The position numbers and the translations under genes were made by a program. A stretch of DNA of 13,995 nucleotides from Bdellovibrio sp. GTDB lineage: Bacteria; Bdellovibrionota; Bdellovibrionia; Bdellovibrionales; Bdellovibrionaceae. The notes beneath the pieces were generated by a model that was not told where the DNA came from, ran no database searches, and worked only from the letters and a program-made list of their open reading frames with translations. Where the stretch lies: positions 1-13,995 of the forward strand of contig JBKCUU010000106.1 of assembly GCA_046318155.1 (NCBI GenBank). The letters are read 5' to 3'. How positions within the stretch are numbered: position 1 is the stretch's first letter; each line of letters starts with the position of its first letter. This document shows positions 5,813 to 13,810 of the stretch, one piece after another.

Positions 5813-8352
5813 GATTTTTTTTAAGGTGGATTGTCCGTGAAGTGCAAAATGACCGCGGCTGGGTTGCGATCTTTTTGGTTTCGCTGAGCCTTGGTCTTTT
5901 TGGTTTTGTCGGGCTTGAAAGTTTTCGTTCGGCGCTTGAAACAAACCTGCGTTTAAATGCACGAAATTTTTTGTCGGCTGACTTGGCTGTTTCTTCGCGC
6001 CGATTGATTTCGGAAGCAGAACTCACACAAATTCGAGAGGGATTGCGAATCAAGAGCGAAAGCCACATGACCGAGTTTTTCTCAATGGCGGCCTCGGACC
6101 AGGCCTCGCGACTGGTGCAGGTTAAAGCGATTGATGACAACTATCCTCTGTACGGAAATCTCAAGCTGGGGTCGGGACGCCAAATTTTTAAAGGTGGGGC
6201 GGGTTCGCTAGGCGAGAAGCCTCAGGCGTGGGTTTACCCCGAGCTGCTCGTACAGCTGGGTGTGAACGTTGGGCAAGAAATCAAAATTGGAAGTCAAAAT
6301 TTTTTAATCGAAGACACGGTCGTTGATGATTCAACTCAAACCTTTCGCTTGGCCGGCCTTGCGCCAAAGATTTATTTTTCTTCGAAGTATTTGCAGAGCA
6401 CGGGTCTGATTGGTTTTGGCACGACATCAAGTGATGTTCATTTGTTTGAACTCGTAATCAATTCGGACGATGAGTTGGAGCCCATGGCAAAGGCGCTTGA
6501 AAAGAAGTTTCAAGATCCCAATTTACAGTTCGCAACTCCTTACGACAAAGCCCAAGACTCGGTGCGCGCGCTGGAGTATTTGTTAGATTATCTGGGGTTG
6601 GTGTCTTTGGTCGGCATGGCGCTCGCGATGGTCGGACTTGCTTATTTGATTCAGCTGTTTTTAGCACGTCGATTAGGAACTTGGAGTTTGCTAAAGACAC
6701 TAGGGCTGACACACAATAAGGCCGTTTTGTTTTTGCTGCTGGAGCTCACGCTGCTGGGAGCCTTTGCCACTCTGCTTGTTTTACCGCTCAGTCAGCTGCT
6801 GTTGCCACTTTTAGGTAACCTGCTCCAAGAGTTGCTGCCGATGACCTTGCAGTTAACCTTGAGTCCTCGCACCGTGGCGCTCGGTTTGGCACTCTCGGTG
6901 GTCTTACCCTTTTTGATCGCGTGGCCGCTTCTGGCGCCGTTAAGAAAACTAAATTTAAAGCAGATCTTGCTCGACCGTGAGTTGTGGGTTTTGAAATGGA
7001 GCGTTACCGATTTGCTTCGTTGGATTCCGGCGCTGACGGTGTTTTTTGGATTAAGCGTTTGGGTATCTCACTCTTGGCGAACGGCTTCTTACTTTTTGGC
7101 GGCCTTGCTTGTGAGCGCGGCAATTGTTCTGTTTATTGCGCGCTTTGTTTTGGCCAGGCTCCCGCGTCTGGGAAGCCATTGGACGATGAAGCAGGTGCAC
7201 CGCCGCTTGACGCGCGCGCCGCTGCGCTTCGGCGTCGTGATCCTGGCACTGGCGTTCGGCACCATGCTTTTGGTTTTGTTGCCGCAGATCCGTGCAGGCC
7301 TTTCGCAAGAGCTGCTCTCGCCCAGTTCGGTTCGGTTGCCGTCACTTTTTTTGTTTGATGTGCAAGATGACCAGATTGGTTCGGTGCGCGAGTTCTTAAC
7401 TGAGCAGGGGACCGAGGCGCAAAACGTCTCCCCCCTGGTGCGAGCGCGGATTTTAACCGTGAATGATAAAGCTTATGAGCGAACGGGCGAAAAGAATGAA
7501 CTGCAGAGCCGCGAAGAAGAGGCGGAGTCTCGTTTTCGTAATCGAGGCGTCAACTTGACCGTTCGGTCTGAGCTCTCGGCTTCTGAGGAGTTGGTGGCGG
7601 GCACGACCTTTACGAGCGAGCCGGGAGACATGGCGCAACTCTCACTCGAGAAAAGGTACGCCGATCGTTTGGGCCTTGGAATCGGTGATATCTTAAACTT
7701 TGATATCCAGGGTGTCGAAATCAAAGGCAAGGTCGTGAATCTTCGCTCGGTGAAGTGGAACACCTTTCAGCCCAATTTTTTTATCGCGTTTCAGCCTGGG
7801 TTTTTGGAGGATGCACCTAAAACGTGGCTTTTGAGTGTACCTCCGATAAGTGACGAGAAAAAAAATCATTTGCAAAATGGCCTTGTGGCCAAGTTTTCAA
7901 ATGTTTCAATCGTCGATGTTTCGCGTGTCGTGCAAAAGATCTTAGAACTCTCGGGGCAAATGTCAGGCGCGCTGACGGCGATGGCCGCCCTTTCGGTTTT
8001 TGTCGGGCTGTTTGTTTTGGCGACCGTTCTTTCGACCGAAGCCAGAACCCGGTTGATCGAATGGAATCTGTACAAGGTCTTAGGCGCTCGTCAAAGCCAG
8101 GTCTTGATCTTGTTTTTAATCGAGAGCCTGATTGTCACTTTGATTTCGGTGAGTCTAGGGGCCCTGCTGGGGGTTCTCTTGAGTCTGACCTTGATGCTGG
8201 TGATTTTTGAAGTGACCTTTGTGCCGGCGTTTGGCGCGATTGCACTGGGCGTCTTGTTTCCGGCCGCGCTCTCGATCTTGCTGGGATTTTTGCTCGGCCG
8301 TCGGCTCACCAGAGGGGACTCTGCTTCCCTTTTAGCTGAAGGACGCTTATAA
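5809..8352 (+). CDS. ybbP: FtsX/MacB-like (type VII) ABC permease, YbbP family (847 aa)
   Basis: Two repeats of a TM helix, large periplasmic domain and TM cluster. YbbP-like motifs LVQVKAIDDNYPLYG, FLFDVQ, LRSVKWNTFQPNFF and KVLGA. ATGA overlap with ybbA. Confidence 0.88.
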   Translation: MRFFLRWIVREVQNDRGWVAIFLVSLSLGLFGFVGLESFRSALETNLRLNARNFLSADLAVSSRRLISEAELTQIREGLRIKSESHMTEFFSMAASDQASRLVQVKAIDDNYPLYGNLKLGSGRQIFKGGAGSLGEKPQAWVYPELLVQLGVNVGQEIKIGSQNFLIEDTVVDDSTQTFRLAGLAPKIYFSSKYLQSTGLIGFGTTSSDVHLFELVINSDDELEPMAKALEKKFQDPNLQFATPYDKAQDSVRALEYLLDYLGLVSLVGMALAMVGLAYLIQLFLARRLGTWSLLKTLGLTHNKAVLFLLLELTLLGAFATLLVLPLSQLLLPLLGNLLQELLPMTLQLTLSPRTVALGLALSVVLPFLIAWPLLAPLRKLNLKQILLDRELWVLKWSVTDLLRWIPALTVFFGLSVWVSHSWRTASYFLAALLVSAAIVLFIARFVLARLPRLGSHWTMKQVHRRLTRAPLRFGVVILALAFGTMLLVLLPQIRAGLSQELLSPSSVRLPSLFLFDVQDDQIGSVREFLTEQGTEAQNVSPLVRARILTVNDKAYERTGEKNELQSREEEAESRFRNRGVNLTVRSELSASEELVAGTTFTSEPGDMAQLSLEKRYADRLGLGIGDILNFDIQGVEIKGKVVNLRSVKWNTFQPNFFIAFQPGFLEDAPKTWLLSVPPISDEKKNHLQNGLVAKFSNVSIVDVSRVVQKILELSGQMSGALTAMAALSVFVGLFVLATVLSTEARTRLIEWNLYKVLGARQSQVLILFLIESLIVTLISVSLGALLGVLLSLTLMLVIFEVTFVPAFGAIALGVLFPAALSILLGFLLGRRLTRGDSASLLAEGRL

Positions 8353-8358
8353 GGGGCC

Positions 8359-9345
8359 ATGAGTCCCCTCGAAAAAGCGGTTCTAATCTTAGATCAAGGC
8401 GGCGTCGTTGGGATGCCCACCGAAACCGTTTATGGCTTGGCCGCGCGTATCGACCGTGAGGACGGCCTTCAAGCCATTTTCTTGACCAAGAAGCGGCCCT
8501 TTTTTGACCCTTTGATCGTGCATGTGAGCTCGATCGAGCAGGCACAAAATTTGACCACGGCCTGGGGCCCCACGGCCCAAGCCTTAGCCGAGACCTTTTG
8601 GCCGGGCCCCCTGACTTTGGTTCTTCCTAAAAGTTCGAAAGTGTCGGCGCTGATTACCTCGGGACTGACAACGGTGGGGCTGCGATTTCCAAATCATCCC
8701 ATCGCTCGGGCTTTGATCGAGCAAGCCGGGGCTCCGCTCGCAGCTCCCAGTGCAAATCTTTTTGGGCGCACCAGTCCGACAAAAGCGGTGCATGTCGAAA
8801 GCGAATTTGCCGGCCAAGTGTTTGTCCTTGAAGGCGGCGATTCAGAGGTCGGCATCGAAAGCACGATCGTCGCGATCCTTAAGGAAGGAGAACTGCGGCT
8901 GCTTCGTCCTGGTGTCATCACAACTGATGTGATCAATGAGTCGCTCAAACAAAAGAAAATCAAAATCACGTGGAGCGAGGTCACAGAGCAAGTAACAGCT
9001 CCGGGTCAGCTCAAGCATCACTACATGCCCGCAAAGCCCTTGATTCTGATCAAAGAAAAAATGAGTGAAGAGGCTTTCTGCAAGACCGTACAGGCCAGGT
9101 TGCAAGAGCTGCCCGCCGAAGTTGAAGGCGTGAAGTTGTCAAGGCCATCAAGTGTGACATCGGTGCGTTGGCTGAGCCTTTCGGCCGAGCCTCTTTTGGC
9201 CGCCCGGCAGTTGTACCAGGTGCTGCGCGATTCGGCACAGACTCAGGATGATGTGCTGGCGCTCGTGTGGCCCAATGAGCGCCGCACGGGTGTATGGACC
9301 GCTGTGTGGGATCGCCTGGGCAAGGCCGCTTCGCTTGATTTGTAA
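8359..9345 (+). CDS. sua5: L-threonylcarbamoyladenylate synthase, two-domain Sua5 type
   Basis: PTETVYGL, K-x-RP-x-x-DPLIVH, FWPGPLTLVL, APSAN, SPT, G-x-ESTI and RPG, then the linker APGQLKHHY-x-P and a C-terminal SUA5 domain. Confidence 0.93.
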   Translation: MSPLEKAVLILDQGGVVGMPTETVYGLAARIDREDGLQAIFLTKKRPFFDPLIVHVSSIEQAQNLTTAWGPTAQALAETFWPGPLTLVLPKSSKVSALITSGLTTVGLRFPNHPIARALIEQAGAPLAAPSANLFGRTSPTKAVHVESEFAGQVFVLEGGDSEVGIESTIVAILKEGELRLLRPGVITTDVINESLKQKKIKITWSEVTEQVTAPGQLKHHYMPAKPLILIKEKMSEEAFCKTVQARLQELPAEVEGVKLSRPSSVTSVRWLSLSAEPLLAARQLYQVLRDSAQTQDDVLALVWPNERRTGVWTAVWDRLGKAASLDL

Positions 9346-9347
9346 CG

Positions 9348-9376
9348 TTGATTAATGCGCCATTATTTCGAATAAT
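9348..9376 (+). promoter_or_regulatory. Putative sigma70 promoter of the acyltransferase gene (leaderless type)
   Basis: TTGATT (9348-9353), N17, AATAAT (9371-9376), N6, ATG (9383). No SD is present. Confidence 0.6.
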
Positions 9377-9382
9377 AAAAAG

Positions 9383-10177
9383 ATGAAGACGGTTCGAGGG
9401 ATTTTTAAAATCCTGATTTTTGCATTTGCGGTCGCGATTTTTCTCGTGACGACTTTAGCAGGCCATCTCTTGATTCGAAATGTGACCAAGCGCCGGCACT
9501 ATTTTACCGGCATTGTACATGCCTTTGCCAAATGGGGCCTGTGGTTCTTAAACACCAAAGTGAGCGCCACCAACCGCCCACCCAAAACTCAGAACTTTTT
9601 GCTGGTCAGTAACCACCTCGGGATTCTTGATATCGTGGTGCTCGCGTCGATCACGCCCACTCTCTTTATTACCTCTGTCGAAATGAAGAATACGCCGGGG
9701 CTTGGACTTTTGTGCGAAATGGGTGGTTGCCTCTTTGTCGAACGCCGTGACCGCTCGAAGATACAGAAAGAGATTGGCGAGATCCGGGTGGCTCTCCAGC
9801 AAGGGGTCAACATCACGCTTTTCCCCGAAGGCACCTCCACCAATGGGGAGCGCGTGATCGCCTTTAAGAAGTCGCTTTTAACGGCAGCAGCCGGGACGGG
9901 GGTCCCCGTCCTCCCGCTGGTGGTCAATTATACGAGCGTTGACGGGGAGCCCGTTCAGGATCGAAACCGGGACCAAGTCTGCTGGTACGGCGATCAACCC
10001 TTTCCATCCGCGTTTTGGCGGCTTTTGACCAATCACTCGGTCGTGGCCGAGGTGGAGTTCTTTGATCCCGTTCAAGTCATCTCGGATGATGAGCGCCGCG
10101 AGATCGCCGCTTATGCCCACCGGGTGATTTCTGCGAACTTTAAACCAATACCGAAGCCCTCAGCCACAAACGTGTAA
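9383..10177 (+). CDS. Lysophospholipid acyltransferase (PlsC/OlsA-like)
   Basis: N-terminal TM segment, catalytic NHLGILD (HX4D), FVER and FPEGT. Confidence 0.9.
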   Translation: MKTVRGIFKILIFAFAVAIFLVTTLAGHLLIRNVTKRRHYFTGIVHAFAKWGLWFLNTKVSATNRPPKTQNFLLVSNHLGILDIVVLASITPTLFITSVEMKNTPGLGLLCEMGGCLFVERRDRSKIQKEIGEIRVALQQGVNITLFPEGTSTNGERVIAFKKSLLTAAAGTGVPVLPLVVNYTSVDGEPVQDRNRDQVCWYGDQPFPSAFWRLLTNHSVVAEVEFFDPVQVISDDERREIAAYAHRVISANFKPIPKPSATNV

Positions 10178-10291
10178 AAAGCCCCTGTCATAATTTTTGA
10201 CACTTGAATCCCAGAAGTGGCGCTGACGGCCTGGCCTCAGACGATTTTGTCTTGAAACTCCATTTAATCGTGTTTCTGCGTGCCAGAACTA

Positions 10292-10307
10292 TGGCACGAG
10301 TGATGCT
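10292..10307 (+). promoter_or_regulatory. sigma54 (-24/-12) promoter
   Basis: TGGCACGAGTGATGCT has the exact GG-N10-GC spacing and differs from TGGCACG-N4-TTGCW at one position. It ends 26 nt before the ATG at 10334. SD GGAGG at 10325-10329. Confidence 0.75.
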
Positions 10308-10333
10308 GATAGGGAGAGTGAGATGGAGGATTT

Positions 10334-10882
10334 ATGAAATCATGGAAACTTTTTTGGACAGTCGTATTCGTCGGATCTTTTTTAACAATGGGCCTTACGG
10401 CCTGCGGTAAAAAAGAGGATAACAAAAACACCAGCCTGAATTACGGAAGCTTGTCGTCTGATGGTCAGACCGTCACCTCGAACTCAACGTTGGGCGGCGC
10501 ACCTTTGAACTTGCAGATTCGCAATGTTCAGACGTTGGGAACCTACGGAGCTCGTTTTGATCTTTCGGTCAACGGAGCCTACCAAATGGTCAGTCAGTCT
10601 TCGCCCCAGTTTTCAAATTGGCAGCAGGTTTCTCAGTACGGCAGCGCGGTCATGATGGCCCATGCATCGGCTTGTACAGACGCCGCTTGTAGCACTGTGT
10701 ACGTCACGGTTGCGGTCTATAGCACTTACGGTCAGTGTGGATATGGTTCTCAGTGCCAGTATGATATTCGCCAGTACGCCGTCAAACGTACGAACGGCAA
10801 AGTGAGTGGTTTACGAGAATGGAACCTTGGGTCCAATACTTATGGAATCCAGTCGATTCAAGCGATTATGGGTACCTTCTAA
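10334..10882 (+). CDS. Hypothetical lipoprotein (Ser/Gln/Tyr/Gly-rich, two Cys pairs)
   Basis: Signal peptide with lipobox LTA-C (MKSWKLFWTVVFVGSFLTMGLTAC) and a strong SD. No family recognised. Confidence 0.82.
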   Translation: MKSWKLFWTVVFVGSFLTMGLTACGKKEDNKNTSLNYGSLSSDGQTVTSNSTLGGAPLNLQIRNVQTLGTYGARFDLSVNGAYQMVSQSSPQFSNWQQVSQYGSAVMMAHASACTDAACSTVYVTVAVYSTYGQCGYGSQCQYDIRQYAVKRTNGKVSGLREWNLGSNTYGIQSIQAIMGTF

Positions 10883-10916
10883 TCTTTGAAAGCCGCTTGA
10901 AAAACTCCATGATTTC

Positions 10917-10957
10917 AAAAAACGAAACCCAGGTGTAGGCCTGGGTTTTGTCGTTTT
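10917..10957. terminator. Probable bidirectional intrinsic terminator
   Basis: 9-bp stem AAACCCAGG (10925-10933) / CCTGGGTTT (10940-10948) with A-rich and T-rich flanks, lying between convergent genes. Confidence 0.7.
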
Positions 10958-10986
10958 AAGTGTCTTCGATTTTGTATGATTTTTGT

Positions 10987-11631
10987 TTACGAAGGATTCA
11001 CCGTGATGATCGAAGGTCCATGGCTGGGTGCGGTGGTGCCCGGACCTGACGTGGCAGGATCCGCCTTGGCTGACAAGGCTTCGGCAGCACCCAAAGTCAT
11101 CAGGGTCGCAACGGGCATCGCAATCAAAAGACCGACAAAAAAGCAAAGGGCGCCGGCAAAAGCCAAGAGCCCAAGCACGATGAGAAGCCCACAGACGTGC
11201 CACCAATTGCCTTGGACCGCGGCTAAGGATTTCTTCATCGATGTGATGGCGTCGCCATCATTCAAAACCAAGTACGCCGTTGTCAGTGAGCTCGCCACGA
11301 GGAACCAGATTCCCGGAATGACTAAAAAAAAGAATCCCAAAATCATCAGTATCCCGACGATAAATCCAGCGAGTAAGAGCTGTGCGAATCGGTTGAAGTT
11401 CTGAAAGCCCCAGAAGACATCATTGTAGTCGATGTCTTGCTTCGCACGAATTTTGAGCAAGCAAACCATGTAACCGGCAGTAAACGGAGCACTCAAGAAA
11501 CTGCCCGCAAACGGAATCATACTGATGGCGGCGAGCCCAACGCCGTAAACCAAAGTCAGTCCTGCAACGAGAGCCAGTTGATCTTTAATGGCGTTCCAAC
11601 TTTTATCGAACAGATCTGAAATCGTAAACAT
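10987..11631 (-). CDS. Hypothetical integral membrane protein (about 4-6 TM; DUF975-like)
   Basis: Pattern SW-x-x-x-K...TM hairpin...DVFWGF...LVIPGI...AITSMKKS...V-x-GNWW is typical of this membrane family. SD GAGG upstream. Confidence 0.78.
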   Translation of the reverse strand: MFTISDLFDKSWNAIKDQLALVAGLTLVYGVGLAAISMIPFAGSFLSAPFTAGYMVCLLKIRAKQDIDYNDVFWGFQNFNRFAQLLLAGFIVGILMILGFFFLVIPGIWFLVASSLTTAYLVLNDGDAITSMKKSLAAVQGNWWHVCGLLIVLGLLAFAGALCFFVGLLIAMPVATLMTLGAAEALSAKADPATSGPGTTAPSHGPSIITVNPS

Positions 11632-11743
11632 GGGTCCTCACCTGCAGGATTGTGCCGGACCAAGATACCGGTGCTCTAGGCCAAGGACTAGTGAACCTTT
11701 CCCTCTCTCGCGCGGGGCAGCACAAATGAAAAGTCCAGGAGCA

Positions 11744-11773
11744 TTGACTTTCATATAATTTACACTGTAATTT
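11744..11773 (+). promoter_or_regulatory. lexA sigma70 promoter (leaderless type)
   Basis: TTGACT (11744-11749), N18, TAATTT (11768-11773), N6, ATG (11780). No SD is present. Confidence 0.6.
11760..11770. promoter_or_regulatory. LexA operator (SOS box), TTAC-N3-GTAA
   Basis: Palindrome TTACactGTAA in AT-rich flanks, overlapping the -10 and ending 9 nt before the lexA ATG. It matches the Bdellovibrio-type LexA motif as I recall it. Confidence 0.8.
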
Positions 11774-11779
11774 GTATGT

Positions 11780-12478
11780 ATGAAAAAGATCGTTCCTCCC
11801 TTAACAGAAAAAGAAAAAGCGGTTCTGGAGTTTATTGAAACTCTGCTGAGTGAGCGCGGGATCTCTCCCTCGTACCAAGAGATCAAAGACCATTTTGGTT
11901 TTGCCTCGTTCAACTCGGTTCAGAACTATCTCAAACAACTTCAAACGAAGGGCTATATCTTGATTCCGCCGCATCAAAAGCGCGCGATTCAGATTTTGCA
12001 CAGTGCGGGCGCTGTCCAAAAGCAGGTGCAGAATGTTCGGGATCAGGCACCCAGATCGAGCGCTCCCAATTCTCGTTCTTCAGAAGAGCTCAGTATCCCT
12101 CTTCTCGGACGAGTCGCGGCGGGTCGTCCCCTTGAAGCACTCTCGTACGACGAGTTCGTCGATGTGCCTCGCTCGATGCTTCGCAATCCTGATAAGTCGT
12201 TTGCGCTCAAGGTGGTGGGCCAATCGATGATCGAGGACGGGATTTTGGACGGGGATGTCATTCTCGTTCAAAAACAAACGAATGCCTCGAACGGCGAGAT
12301 CGTCGTTGCGACGGTTGAATCTGAGTCGACAGTGAAACGCTTTTTTCACAAGTCGCAGTCAGAGCCCAACAAGCAAGTTGAACTACGTCCCGCCAATTCG
12401 ACCATGCAATCCATGTGGTACCGGCCTGATCAAGTCGCCATTCAAGGCGTTGTGGTGGGTCTGATCCGCAAGTTCTAA
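11780..12478 (+). CDS. lexA: SOS repressor LexA
   Basis: N-terminal wHTH (LTEKE...G-x-SPS-x-x-EI...S-x-NSV...L-x-x-KGYI...RAI), cleavage site GRVAAG, and catalytic Ser (GQSM) and Lys (TVKR). Confidence 0.96.
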   Translation: MKKIVPPLTEKEKAVLEFIETLLSERGISPSYQEIKDHFGFASFNSVQNYLKQLQTKGYILIPPHQKRAIQILHSAGAVQKQVQNVRDQAPRSSAPNSRSSEELSIPLLGRVAAGRPLEALSYDEFVDVPRSMLRNPDKSFALKVVGQSMIEDGILDGDVILVQKQTNASNGEIVVATVESESTVKRFFHKSQSEPNKQVELRPANSTMQSMWYRPDQVAIQGVVVGLIRKF

Positions 12479-12530
12479 TTCAAAATTTATGAGGCCCTTC
12501 GTCGGGGGGGACCCACATCACGGAGGATGT

Positions 12531-13160
12531 ATGCAGCAAGCTTCGGGAGTTTTACCCGTTGAGGGATTCGCTTTGTCTGAGATCACTCGTCCCATCGGAG
12601 TTTCGACAGGACATTCGGTTTTGGATGATTTTTTGCCGTGGCAAGGTCTGCCTCTTGGAGGATTGACATTGATCGATGGACCTCAGGCTCCGCGTCTGGC
12701 GCGCCGGATGAGTTCGCGCTTAGCTGCGCCAGGGCGTGCGCTTTGGATCCATTCGCTTCGGACGCGGCCGTTTTTTCAAGAATCAGAGTCTTGTCTTCGA
12801 CTTCAAGTTCCTGAAGAGGCCGACTCGCTTCAGGTTCTTCCACAGGTTTTGGCGGACGCGGCTTTTTCGTGCGTGATCCTGCAACTGACCCATCCACTTA
12901 GCCGCCCTAAGGCGATGGAGCTCGCAAGAGGGGTTCGTCAGTCGCAAGTTTCGGTCGTGGTTATTGCCAAGTCTGAGCGGACCCTGCCGTGGGATCTGTG
13001 TGATTTGGTCATCGAGTCGAATGATGATTTCTTAGCGATTCGTAAAGCGCAGCATAGGCCCGTGCCGCTCTGGGTTCCGGTTGAAATGATCAACCTAGCC
13101 CCTGGAATCCAAGAGACCCCCGTGCTAAGTTGGTGGAATGCGCTCGAACACGCCATCTGA
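12531..13160 (+). CDS. ImuA-like degenerate RecA-fold protein (209 aa)
   Basis: STGHSVLDDFLPWQGLPLGGLTLIDG resembles the RecA/ImuA N-terminal motif. The Walker A GKT is absent (GPQAPRLA). SD GGAGG at 12522-12526 favours the ATG at 12531 over 12489. It lies directly after lexA. Confidence 0.72.
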   Translation: MQQASGVLPVEGFALSEITRPIGVSTGHSVLDDFLPWQGLPLGGLTLIDGPQAPRLARRMSSRLAAPGRALWIHSLRTRPFFQESESCLRLQVPEEADSLQVLPQVLADAAFSCVILQLTHPLSRPKAMELARGVRQSQVSVVVIAKSERTLPWDLCDLVIESNDDFLAIRKAQHRPVPLWVPVEMINLAPGIQETPVLSWWNALEHAI

Positions 13161-13809
13161 AAATACGTCTGAAAATCAAGCCGAGGCGTTTTTCGCTGAA
13201 AAGCTCCGTGCACAACTGCCGCGGGGCTTTGAAGCCTTTCGTGAGGCTTCAGATCAGTTTAAAAAAACCCCAATTTCATTAGCTCCGCTCGAAGCGGTGC
13301 TTTTGCAAACACTTGTCCGTGCCCATGGCGGAAAAAAGTGGGTTGAGATTGGGACTCTGACCGGATTTTCGGGGTACTGTTTGGTTCAGGCTTCTGCCGG
13401 GCATCTTTGGACCTTTGAAAAAGATCCCGCTCACGCGGCCCGAGCACGCGAACTTTTTTTGCAAAAAAACTTGAGTGACCATGTGACCGTCATTCAGGGT
13501 GATGCCGAACAGACCTTACCCAGCATCGAGAGCCTCGGCCCCTTTGATGGGATTTTTATCGATGGCAATAAAGGCGCCTACCTTGCTTACCTGCAATGGG
13601 CGATGAAGAATTTGCGACCAGGAGCTTTGATCATCGCGGACAATATCTATTTGGGCGGCGCGATCTGGAGCAGCGGCGCAGATCCGAAGTGGAGTGCCTC
13701 GGTCGTTCAAAAAATGCAGGAGTTTTTGAACCTGCTCTTTGATCCCAGGTCTTTTACGAGTAGCCTCGCGCCCACGAGCGAAGGCCTGGCCATCGCTTTG
13801 CTAAAATAA
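13138..13809 (+). CDS. SAM-dependent, cation-dependent O-methyltransferase (CCoAOMT/TrmR-like, Methyltransf_3)
   Basis: VEIGTLTGFS, GDA, FDGIFIDGNK-x-x-Y and LRPGALIIADN. It overlaps the upstream gene by 23 nt. Confidence 0.9.
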   Translation: MRSNTPSENTSENQAEAFFAEKLRAQLPRGFEAFREASDQFKKTPISLAPLEAVLLQTLVRAHGGKKWVEIGTLTGFSGYCLVQASAGHLWTFEKDPAHAARARELFLQKNLSDHVTVIQGDAEQTLPSIESLGPFDGIFIDGNKGAYLAYLQWAMKNLRPGALIIADNIYLGGAIWSSGADPKWSASVVQKMQEFLNLLFDPRSFTSSLAPTSEGLAIALLK

Positions 13810-13810
13810 A

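Noticed and set aside
11643..11658. sigma54-like CGGCACAATCCTGCAG upstream of the membrane-protein gene (minus strand)
   Set aside because: The GG-to-GC spacing is 9 nt, not the required 10.
12493..12513. G7 tract and weak hairpin between lexA and the imuA-like gene as a phase-variation site or terminator
   Set aside because: The tract is short and lies upstream of the likely start (12531). The stem relies on G-U pairs and has no U-tail.
5229..13710. Numerous short alternative-frame and antisense ORFs in the track
   Set aside because: They overlap well-supported genes and have no recognisable motifs or translation signals.
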